Assembly: GCA_963662285.2 (NCBI GenBank)
Contig: CAXXMV010000006.1
Location: forward strand, 1,760,001 to 1,824,000
Length of the DNA: 64,000 nucleotides
Direction: 5' to 3'
Origin: a bacterium
Lineage (GTDB): Bacteria > Hinthialibacterota > Hinthialibacteria > Hinthialibacterales > Hinthialibacteraceae
Both the position numbers and the translations under genes were made by a program. Below, piece after piece: positions 41,348 through 49,510 of the stretch. The notes beneath the pieces were generated by a model, which saw nothing but the letters and a program-made list of their open reading frames with translations, did no database searches and was not told where the DNA came from. The number at the start of each line of letters is the position of its first letter. Position 1 is the first letter of the stretch.

Positions 41348-42592
41348 ACTCTTTTTTCGCCTCATCAGATTTCGAACCTTTTGCCACCAAGTAATCTTTC
41401 GTGGCGCAGGAGACTCCGAAAACGATACTGCACTGGTGTTGTATGCAAAGCGATACTTGCATTTTGGACAAGTTGCGATCAAGTCACCCGAATTCTCGGG
41501 TAGCCTTAACTTTGTACCATCTTGTGGGCATACCACAATATTGAACATCGCTGATGACGGAGGCGGAAAACTGTGCCCATTTCGGGAGAGATGGTGGCTG
41601 ATCTGTCTGGCGTGCTTGAGAAATCCATCTGCTTCTTGTGAGATTGAACGGACTCTCTCGCTTAGGCGATCAATCTCGAACTCGATCTTTATTGCCTGAA
41701 GAAACCGCAGGGCCGGGTCTGCTGTGGTCTCATTGATCATCGCAACAGCGTTCTGGAGCAGCGTGCCAATCTTCTTGTGTTCAGCCTTGAGAAATGCGTT
41801 GACGGTCTCGCAAAAGCTTCTGCGGACGTATGTCAGGTGCTTGTCCAAGTCTGCCATAATGTATTGTGTCTGAGTTACCTCACCCTTGAACCCATCGATA
41901 CTCCTCCGTGAAGCCTCTCTCTGGTGAAAGTTAGGTGAATAATGATGTCCGTATGATGAGTTGCAGGTTCTAAATGCGTGTGTCGCTTCAGCATTAAGAC
42001 CCTGCATGAAGTCTGAAGAAGGAATCTTTCGCATTGCACAGACCAAGTTATAGACGAAGGCGAGTTGGTCACGGTCGAGGTAGCCAGCCGTCATGGCCTC
42101 TGTGATGGTTCGTGTGCCGTTGGGTATGGTTTCATACCTTACGTTTTCAGTCCTGCAACCGTTGAGCATGATCTTACCGAAGCCAAGAAAGACACTGGTG
42201 ATATCCGTTAGGATTTCGTTGTCGATCTCTATGGCAGAGCGGATTCCGTTGCTTTGAAGCCACTTGTGGCATATTTCATGACACAGCGTAGCACCAACAG
42301 AGTCAGGGAATTTCATCATTTCGGGGTCGATTTCGACGAAAACACTTGTCCCCTCGGTAGAGAGGTCAATATGGCCTCCGACCTTTTCCTTCTGCTTCGC
42401 TATTGCGACAATAAAAGTATAGTCGGTCAGCCCGATGAACTCAGCAATATCTTTAGCTGTGCCCTGAATAGACAAATGATCATGAAATGGTGTCGTAAAT
42501 GGTTGCATGACCCGGTACTGCACGCTGGCACCGGTCTTCTGCTCCAGCAGGATCAACTTGTCAACAAAGGCTTCTACAAATCGTTCGGACAT
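41342..42592 (-). CDS. Cassette-encoded HExxH zincin-like (ImmA/IrrE-like) protein with coiled coil and C-terminal zinc ribbon
   Basis: CHEICH...NE..TD motif; CPQDGTKLRLP...CPKC. Confidence 0.7.
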   Translation of the reverse strand: MSERFVEAFVDKLILLEQKTGASVQYRVMQPFTTPFHDHLSIQGTAKDIAEFIGLTDYTFIVAIAKQKEKVGGHIDLSTEGTSVFVEIDPEMMKFPDSVGATLCHEICHKWLQSNGIRSAIEIDNEILTDITSVFLGFGKIMLNGCRTENVRYETIPNGTRTITEAMTAGYLDRDQLAFVYNLVCAMRKIPSSDFMQGLNAEATHAFRTCNSSYGHHYSPNFHQREASRRSIDGFKGEVTQTQYIMADLDKHLTYVRRSFCETVNAFLKAEHKKIGTLLQNAVAMINETTADPALRFLQAIKIEFEIDRLSERVRSISQEADGFLKHARQISHHLSRNGHSFPPPSSAMFNIVVCPQDGTKLRLPENSGDLIATCPKCKYRFAYNTSAVSFSESPAPRKITWWQKVRNLMRRKKSG

Positions 42593-42614
42593 CGTCGTGT
42601 GATTCTTTCCATGT

Positions 42615-42678
42615 GGCTAACGCTTGGGCTCAGGGGCGTGCGGCGAAGCGGAGCGTCCCTTGGAGCCCATTGTTATGC
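42615..42678 (-). other. attC site (64 bp)
   Basis: GCATAAC-AAT-GGGCTC(C)AAGGG(A)CG-loop-CGCCCCTGAGCCC-AAGC-GTTAGCC. Confidence 0.9.
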
Positions 42679-42680
42679 GA

Positions 42681-43337
42681 TTAATGCCCAAAGGAGGCGA
42701 TGTCGAATTGTGCAGCGAAACCTTTTGCTAGTGATTTAGGATCGACACCATCTCTGAACGCTCGCTTAAAGGGCTCGTGTTCCATAAAATCAATGAGGCT
42801 ATTCCCTTCCTCATTTGCTTCCAGTTGCGGATTTTCCTTACCTGCTTCGATCTTGAAAACCCGGTACCACTCTTCCCACGTAGAATGCTCAGATGACGCC
42901 ATGATCTCATCGATTTCATCTGCGATGGGTGATTCCGAAAACTCTTTGGCTATCTCTGCGAAGATAGACATAGATGCCTCAAGGAGTTGGTGATCAAGGC
43001 TGTTGAGTGTATATAGCCTGCCATTAGTTTCTAGTTCTGAGAGTATATTGCCGAGAGATAAGACAAGAGCATTTCTATTCAGATCGCCATCCTCGAACAG
43101 CTCAATTCCATTTGCCAGCGCAGAAGCTGCCACCGTTATTTTGTGCGGGCGCTGACCGAATTTTCCATCAAAAACATCTGGCTTTGAGTCCCACACAACC
43201 TCTACCAATTTGTTTGCGAACTTCGCTGGATCTAGGTCTAAAAGCCCTACCTTAGCTTGATGCTCAAGTAAGTTCTGAACGACAACAGCTGACTCGCTCT
43301 TTTTATATGTTCTCTTGATTCCGCTAAAGAGACCCAT
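42681..43337 (-). CDS. Cassette-encoded acidic helical hypothetical protein
   Basis: 218-aa ORF; AAGGAG RBS; bounded by attC sites. Confidence 0.8.
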   Translation of the reverse strand: MGLFSGIKRTYKKSESAVVVQNLLEHQAKVGLLDLDPAKFANKLVEVVWDSKPDVFDGKFGQRPHKITVAASALANGIELFEDGDLNRNALVLSLGNILSELETNGRLYTLNSLDHQLLEASMSIFAEIAKEFSESPIADEIDEIMASSEHSTWEEWYRVFKIEAGKENPQLEANEEGNSLIDFMEHEPFKRAFRDGVDPKSLAKGFAAQFDIASFGH

Positions 43338-43359
43338 GATTACTCCTTCTGGCTTTTAC

Positions 43360-43410
43360 GCCTAACGATGCTCCTCAGTAGCGGCGTCTCATTGCAGGGG
43401 CTGGTTATGA
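43360..43410 (-). other. attC site with central deletion (51 bp)
   Basis: TCATAAC-CAGCC-CCTGCAATGAGACGCCGCTACTGAGG-AGCATC-GTTAGGC. Confidence 0.65.
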
Positions 43411-43905
43411 TTTATTAATGATACCTAGAGCTTCTTCTCCGATAGCCGAGGTATCTTTAAAGAGAGCAAGCAACTCGGTATAATGCCCAATTAGCTGTTC
43501 CCTGGATATCTCATCAATATTCAAATTTTCGATTTGTTTGATGTCCTCTAGGATTGCGAAACATTGTGTATAAAATGTTGCTATCAATTTAGGCAACGGA
43601 CTTGACAGGCTTCCTAGTTTGTCTACGTTGCTCTTGTATACGCTGAAGTAGTCGTAAGTGACATGGAAATAGAACATAATCATCAACTCGAAATCAGGCT
43701 TCTGCATTTTAGCAATTAGCTGTTCGAGATGTTCAACGTACTGTCGTTTTTTGACGATTTCTATTATTGCTTCAATTTCTCCTGCAAAACCACCAGCAAG
43801 GCTTTTTCTATTCATCTTCTGTTGAGACGTTAACGCGATATAATTAGCAATGATACCACCAGCTATTGCAAGCACACCACCAATCAATACTCCGACTATT
43901 TCCAT
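43405..43905 (-). CDS. Cassette-encoded hypothetical protein with N-terminal TM helix
   Basis: 166-aa ORF; AAGGGA RBS; stop within R''. Confidence 0.8.
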   Translation of the reverse strand: MEIVGVLIGGVLAIAGGIIANYIALTSQQKMNRKSLAGGFAGEIEAIIEIVKKRQYVEHLEQLIAKMQKPDFELMIMFYFHVTYDYFSVYKSNVDKLGSLSSPLPKLIATFYTQCFAILEDIKQIENLNIDEISREQLIGHYTELLALFKDTSAIGEEALGIINKS

Positions 43906-43929
43906 AAGATCATCCCTTTAGGTACTGGA

Positions 43930-43986
43930 TCATAACAATTTATTCAATGGTTTCCGAACTTTATGCCATATTGTTTTGATCGTCAA
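43930..43986 (-). promoter_or_regulatory. Putative Pc-like promoter and attI-like entry site
   Basis: Minus strand TTGACG-17 nt-TAAAGT, then TCGGAAACCATTGAATAAATT-GTTATGA; GTTATGAT is the exact complement of the first cassette's ATCATAAC. Confidence 0.6.
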
Positions 43987-44396
43987 TACAATTTCGTATA
44001 ATTTTTTGAAATATTCTAACCGTTATTTATTACAAATTAACTTTAATCCGGAAAACTATTGTTTATGAAAATGTATCACTCCACATTAACGCCCAGCATA
44101 TACCAGAATACGTTTTCAGCGATGATTCGGGTGTTGTAGTCTCTTGCTTTTTTTGCTTTGCCTGAGAGGGTATTGGGATCAGCGACTACAAGCATATCCA
44201 ATTTTTTTATTACAGATTTTTACAATAAGCCCATCTTACCTTTTATAATCCCACACCCAATCAATAAAATATAGGGCATTGCTGTATAAATATCATACTA
44301 CTAACTAATAAGTAGACATGTTTATGTTGTTGTTGCCAAAAAACAGCATAGGTGATGGAGTTGAGAATTTGGAAGATGGAAAGATATAGGTAATCC

Positions 44397-44430
44397 CGAT
44401 GGGACACGCTGGCGCTTTGTCCCATCCTAC
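44397..44430 (-). repeat. GTAG-type REP-like hairpin; 31-bp identical direct repeat of 40709-40739
   Basis: Reverse complement GTAGGATGGGACAAAGCGCCAGCGTGTCCCATCG. Confidence 0.85.
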
Positions 44431-44497
44431 GATTTATGAAATTTTCGAGGATTTTAATCTTTTATCTGAAAGACCTAAGCCTGGGGAATTTGAAGTT

Positions 44498-44570
44498 CAG
44501 GCGCGGAGGGATTTGAACCCCCAACCTGCTAATTTGGAGTCAGCTGCTCTGCCAATTGAGCCACGCGCCT
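44498..44570 (-). tRNA. tRNA-Trp (anticodon CCA), CCA end not encoded
   Basis: Reverse complement AGGCGCGTGGCTCAATTGGCAGAGCAGCTGACT-CCA-AATTAGCAGGTTGGGGGTTCAAATCCCTCCGCGCCTG folds as a cloverleaf. Confidence 0.95.
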
Positions 44571-44847
44571 ATAAACAGGGATTACTATAACTTTACTGGG
44601 TTTGGTGTCAAGTACTATTCTGGCATATATTTAACATATCTTTATACAATCCAGCTGATCTCACAATATTTCTTATAACAATCCGTCCGAAATATCTATC
44701 TTGGAATATATCTTTTATCGCTCTAATCAATCTTGTAAAAACCAAAAAAATCATGCTTCTTCCGTGCTGCTTGGTTTATAAATTTTAGTTTATATAATTG
44801 TGTGATTATAATTTCTCACTTAATTTCAAAACTCTGGATATTTATCA

Positions 44848-46314
44848 ATGACAGAACCATATCAATTGACTGCCTGTGAAGCGGCGGAAGCGTTGCAAAA
44901 CGGCTCGCTATCCTCATCAGAGTTGACTCGTTCAGTGCTGGACCGGATCGAAAGCCTTGATGCCAAAGTAAAAGCTTTTCAGACAGTTATGCCCGAAAAA
45001 GCGTTAACCATGGCCCAAGAGATCGATGAGCGACGCACCAAGGGGGAAGAGTTGCATCCCTGGGCGGGCGTACCCATCGCGCTCAAGGATAATTTCTGCC
45101 TCAAAGAGGCGCCATGCACCTGTTCATCCAAAATTCTGGAAACTTTCATCCCGCCATATAACGCTACGGTGGTTGATAAAATGCTGGCCGCCGGGCTGAT
45201 TCCCATAGGCAAGACCAATCTGGATGAATTCGCCATGGGGTCATCGACCGAAAACTCAGCCTATAAAACTACCGGCAATCCCTGGGACCTGGAGCGGGTT
45301 CCCGGAGGTTCGAGCGGCGGCTCGGCGGCGGCGGTTATTGCTGATGAGACCATACTTGCGGTTGGTTCTGATACGGGCGGCTCAATACGTCAACCAGCCG
45401 CTTTCTGTTCGATTACCGGAATGAAACCGACTTATGGGCGCATATCCCGTTATGGTCTGGTGGCCTTCGCATCATCGCTGGATCAGATAGGCCCCATGAC
45501 CAAAGATGTGCGTGATGCAGCTGGGTTATTAGAGATCATGTCCGGCGTCGATCCGCATGATTCAACTTCTATAGATCAACCAGTGCCGCATTATCTGAAT
45601 GAACTTACGGGAGATGTAAAGGGACTGAAAATCGGCATCCCCAAGGAATATTCGATTGACGGCATGAATCCTGAGATCAAAGAGGTTTGGGACAACGCAG
45701 CCAAATTTTATGAAGAGCAGGGAGCTGAATGCCGTGAAATTTCCTTGCCGCATACTGAATATGCTATCGCTACTTACTATATGATCAGCACGGCGGAAGC
45801 ATCCAGCAATCTGGCGCGCTATGATGGCGTCGTCTATGGTTACCGCTCTGAAGGCCCACATGATAATATTGTAGATATGTACTGCAAATCGCGCAGCGAA
45901 GGTTTTGGCGCAGAAGTCAAGCGCCGCATCATGTTGGGAACCTATGTGCTCAGCGCCGGATTTTACGACGCCTATTACCGCCGCGCTCAGCGGGTAAGAA
46001 CTTTGATCAAGAACGATTTTGACGCCGCATTCAAAGAAGTAGATATAGTATTATGTCCGGCTACGCCGTCTACTCCATTTAAGGCGGGAGAGAAAACTGG
46101 CGATCCTCTTGAAATGTACCTTTCCGATGTATTTACGGCGCCATTGAACTTGGCCGGGCTTCCGGGAATCGTTATTCCCGGTGGTTTCAGCAGCGATGGT
46201 CTGCCTATTTCGATTCAGATGATAGGACCAGCCTTACAAGAGAGTCTACTGCTGAATACTGCCCATTGTTATCAGTTAGGTACGGATCATCACCATAAAA
46301 GACCAACGTTATAA
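44848..46314 (+). CDS. gatA: Asp-tRNA(Asn)/Glu-tRNA(Gln) amidotransferase subunit A
   Basis: GKTNLDEFAMGSSTENS, PGGSSGGS, GSDTGGSIRQPA, EASSNLARYDG, EVKRRIMLGTYVLS. Confidence 0.97.
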   Translation: MTEPYQLTACEAAEALQNGSLSSSELTRSVLDRIESLDAKVKAFQTVMPEKALTMAQEIDERRTKGEELHPWAGVPIALKDNFCLKEAPCTCSSKILETFIPPYNATVVDKMLAAGLIPIGKTNLDEFAMGSSTENSAYKTTGNPWDLERVPGGSSGGSAAAVIADETILAVGSDTGGSIRQPAAFCSITGMKPTYGRISRYGLVAFASSLDQIGPMTKDVRDAAGLLEIMSGVDPHDSTSIDQPVPHYLNELTGDVKGLKIGIPKEYSIDGMNPEIKEVWDNAAKFYEEQGAECREISLPHTEYAIATYYMISTAEASSNLARYDGVVYGYRSEGPHDNIVDMYCKSRSEGFGAEVKRRIMLGTYVLSAGFYDAYYRRAQRVRTLIKNDFDAAFKEVDIVLCPATPSTPFKAGEKTGDPLEMYLSDVFTAPLNLAGLPGIVIPGGFSSDGLPISIQMIGPALQESLLLNTAHCYQLGTDHHHKRPTL

Positions 46315-46525
46315 TATTATTTCGTTAATATATAACTTTTTTTTAACCGCTGTATAACTGTTAAAAGTTTATTATTGCAAACTCATTAAACAATGTAAAA
46401 AATACTGCTTTTGACAATCGATATTAATTTCTTTATTTTTATGGCAGCGAATAAGTATCTGGGATTTTTACTGGCGGCAAAAGAACCATAATTCTGTGTT
46501 AGGACTATTAAACTAAAGATTAATT

Positions 46526-47470
46526 ATGACCGAACCTTTTCGTATTTTATTCGTATGTACTGGCAATAGCTGCCGTAGCCCGGTTGGCGAAGCAATTCTT
46601 CGTAAGAGACTTGATGAAAGAAATCTTTCTGACTCGGTCGAAGTGCTTTCTGCTGGAACTTTCGCTTTGGATGGTAAAGACGCTTCAGAAGAAGCGGTGG
46701 TCGCGGTTGAGAAATTCGGAACGTCTCTGCAAGGCTTTAAATCGCATACGCTTACCGATGAAATAATGGATAGCGTCCATTTGGTACTGGTGATGGAACA
46801 TGCCCATCTGGACCTCATTGAGGAGCATTACCCTCACTCCGCCGATAAAGTGCGAATTTTAGGACAGTATCTTTATCCAACCGGTCCGGAAGAAATTCCC
46901 GATCCAGTTGGAGGACCACAGGACTTGTTTGATGAAATCGCCGCATTGATCGAAGAGTGCATCTATAATCTGCTGCGCGAATGGGATGAGGTTGTGACAA
47001 GGTATCACCATCCTAAGCGCAAGGTTATATCTGTTGGCGTAGATCATCGCGGCTTTGGTCATAAAGAGTGGTTGATAAAAACCCTGGAATCCATGAACGT
47101 TACAGTGATTGATTGCGGGACCAACTCAACCGCATCGTGCGACCACCCCGATATTGCGTTTAAGACGGCGGGCTTGGTATCATGGCGCAAAGCGGATCGC
47201 GCCGTACTGCTATGCTCTACTGGACATGGAATGCTGCTTTCAGCCAATAAGGTATTGGGCGTTCGCGCTGTAATGCCGGTGAATGAAGAACATGCCAAAC
47301 TCTCCTGTATGCACAATAATTCTAATGTATTGGCTTTTGGCGCCGATTTCCATTCTAAAGAACAGATGGAAAATATCATCCGGACATGGTTGAATACAGA
47401 ATATCTGGGTGGAAGATATCAATGGCGAATTAGAAAAATCACCAATTATGAGTGTTTTAACCGGGGCTGA
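46526..47470 (+). CDS. Fusion of LMW protein Tyr/Arg phosphatase (YwlE-like) and RpiB/LacAB sugar-phosphate isomerase
   Basis: N-terminal FVCTGNSCRS and IPDP; C-terminal GVDHRG, CSTGHG, SANKV.GVRA, HNNSNVL, GGRY..R. Confidence 0.85.
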   Translation: MTEPFRILFVCTGNSCRSPVGEAILRKRLDERNLSDSVEVLSAGTFALDGKDASEEAVVAVEKFGTSLQGFKSHTLTDEIMDSVHLVLVMEHAHLDLIEEHYPHSADKVRILGQYLYPTGPEEIPDPVGGPQDLFDEIAALIEECIYNLLREWDEVVTRYHHPKRKVISVGVDHRGFGHKEWLIKTLESMNVTVIDCGTNSTASCDHPDIAFKTAGLVSWRKADRAVLLCSTGHGMLLSANKVLGVRAVMPVNEEHAKLSCMHNNSNVLAFGADFHSKEQMENIIRTWLNTEYLGGRYQWRIRKITNYECFNRG

Positions 47471-47624
47471 TATAGCGACTCTTCTTTTGTTTCGCGTATA
47501 TTTCCCGTAATATTATGTATAAACAGTGATCGATTGTTTAAGTACTTAGATTTTAGATATAAATCAGTTAATTAAAAAATAATTATTAATCTTAAATAGA
47601 TTTTATCGAAAAGGAGTATCGATT

Positions 47625-48881
47625 GTGTTAGAGCAACTGCGAAGCGTAGATCCGGAAATCTATAGCGCCATTCTAAAAGAGACCAGGCGTCAGCATGATA
47701 AACTTGAATTGATTGCCTCTGAGAATTTCGTTTCAGAAGCCGTTCTGGAAGCCATGGGAACTCCTTTGACTAACAAATACGCTGAGGGTTATCCCGGTAA
47801 GCGCTATTATGGCGGATGCGAGTGCGTCGATATCGCAGAACAATTGGCGATTGACCGGGCCAAGCAATTATTCGGCGCCGATAATGCCAATGTGCAGCCT
47901 CATTCCGGTTCGCAAGCCAATATGGCTTCATACATGGCCTTGATTGAGCCTGGTTCAAAAATTATGGGGATGGACTTGTCGCAAGGCGGGCATCTGACTC
48001 ATGGCAGTCCGGTCAATTTTTCCGGCAGACTTTTTGAAGTTCAATCATACGGCGTTAACCGCGAAACCAATCAGATCGAAGCAGATGAATTTAGGAAACA
48101 AGTCGAAGAGTTTAAGCCGGCTATGGTCATTCTTGGAGCATCGGCTTATCCCCGTGAAATAGATTTTGAAACTTTAGGCGAGATTATTCACAGCGTCGGC
48201 GCTAAAGCAGTAGCCGATATTGCCCACATTGCCGGTATGGTTGCCGTGGGTCTGCATTCTGATCCGATCCCTCATATGGATATTGTCACCACCACCACTC
48301 ATAAAACGCTGCGCGGGCCGCGCGGCGGCTTGATTCTTTGTAAGGAAGAGTATACCAAAGCAGTCAATAAACATATCTTCCCCGGCAGCCAGGGTGGTCC
48401 ATTGATGCATGTCATCGCGGCTAAAGCGGTTGCTTTCCATGAAGCGCTTCAACCGGAATTCAAAACTTATCAGCAACAGATTCTGGATAACGCCAAAGCT
48501 ATGGAAGAGACCTTCCGCCAACGCGACATTCGTATGATTTCCGGCGGTACGGATAATCATCTACTCCTGCTGGATGTGGGACATAACGGTCTAACAGGTA
48601 AAGCCACCGAAAAAGTATTGGATCGCGCATCAATAACAGTCAACAAAAACATGATTCCGTTTGATGAGCAGACGCCTTTTGTTACCAGTGGTATACGAAT
48701 CGGCGCTCCGGCATTGACCAGCCGAGGTTTGAAGCAGGATGATATGAAGAAAATCGCTAATTGGATCGCCGATATTATTGAATCAAAACTGGATGAATCA
48801 GTCACTGAATCGGTAGCCAGACAGGTCAAGGAATTTGTAGTTGATTTCCCGTTATATACCCGTTGGCGCGAACTATCTTAA
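47625..48881 (+). CDS. glyA: Serine hydroxymethyltransferase
   Basis: [43 protein letters not shown]. Confidence 0.98.
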   Translation: MLEQLRSVDPEIYSAILKETRRQHDKLELIASENFVSEAVLEAMGTPLTNKYAEGYPGKRYYGGCECVDIAEQLAIDRAKQLFGADNANVQPHSGSQANMASYMALIEPGSKIMGMDLSQGGHLTHGSPVNFSGRLFEVQSYGVNRETNQIEADEFRKQVEEFKPAMVILGASAYPREIDFETLGEIIHSVGAKAVADIAHIAGMVAVGLHSDPIPHMDIVTTTTHKTLRGPRGGLILCKEEYTKAVNKHIFPGSQGGPLMHVIAAKAVAFHEALQPEFKTYQQQILDNAKAMEETFRQRDIRMISGGTDNHLLLLDVGHNGLTGKATEKVLDRASITVNKNMIPFDEQTPFVTSGIRIGAPALTSRGLKQDDMKKIANWIADIIESKLDESVTESVARQVKEFVVDFPLYTRWRELS

Positions 48882-48932
48882 TATATTCTTATACGATAAA
48901 TAATATCTCTGATTGTAAAGGAGACCTGGTTT

Positions 48933-49418
48933 GTGAAATGTCCTTTCTGCGGTTCTGAAAAACATCATGTCGTAGATTCGCGCACCACCTCTGAAGGTGA
49001 AATTCGGCGGAGACGTGAATGTCAATCATGCGATAATCGCTTCACTACCTATGAACGGGTTGTAGAAGTCCAATTGAGAATTATTAAACGGGATAAACGG
49101 CGTGAAGATTATAACAGCGAAAAAATATCCAAAAGCATCCGCATCGCTTGTCAAAAGCGCCCTGTTTCAGAAGAACAGATTCAGGAATTGACCAATCGGA
49201 TCGAACATAGTTTGTTTTCAAAGGGTGAAAGAGAAATTCCCAGTGAATTCATCGGCGAAGAGGTCATGCGGGAACTGATGGATATGGATCATGTCGCCTA
49301 TGTCCGTTTCGCTTCCGTTTACCGACAATTCAAGGATTTGAATCAATTTATTGATGAACTATCTAACTTAATGAACAAGAAAATGAATTTTCAAACAGAT
49401 AATAATCCATCATCCTGA
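48933..49418 (+). CDS. nrdR: Transcriptional repressor NrdR
   Basis: MKCPFC, VVDSR, IRRRREC..C..RFTTYE, VAYVRFASVYR. Confidence 0.97.
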   Translation: MKCPFCGSEKHHVVDSRTTSEGEIRRRRECQSCDNRFTTYERVVEVQLRIIKRDKRREDYNSEKISKSIRIACQKRPVSEEQIQELTNRIEHSLFSKGEREIPSEFIGEEVMRELMDMDHVAYVRFASVYRQFKDLNQFIDELSNLMNKKMNFQTDNNPSS

Positions 49419-49510
49419 TATCTGGATATTGTATGCATTTAACCCAATCCAGAACACGATTTTGATTATCGCTCTAATATTTGTTCATTATTCACAGTTT
49501 TTTATATAGA

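Larger units (their letters stand above)
40745..43986 (-). mobile_element. Integron gene-cassette array lacking integrase (CALIN), four cassettes
   Basis: Four co-oriented ORFs, each ending in or next to an RYYTAAC box and separated by attC-like hairpins; cassette start and end boxes are complementary. Confidence 0.85.

Noticed and set aside
41274-41471. 65-aa ORF ending WLTRRSTGRQFRCAPLPPVSLVVR
   Set aside because: Alternative-frame translation running through the attC site; typical spurious ORF
43990-44395. Possible intI or integrase remnant between the array and tRNA-Trp
   Set aside because: No ORF or tyrosine-recombinase motif visible; only a weak TTGTAGTC/GACTACAA inverted repeat
40600-44570. 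tRNA-Trp-anchored genomic island with attL/attR
   Set aside because: No duplicated tRNA 3' end found at the far side and no integrase; adjacency only
44399-44590. 63-aa ORF
   Set aside because: Antisense to tRNA-Trp and overlaps the REP repeat
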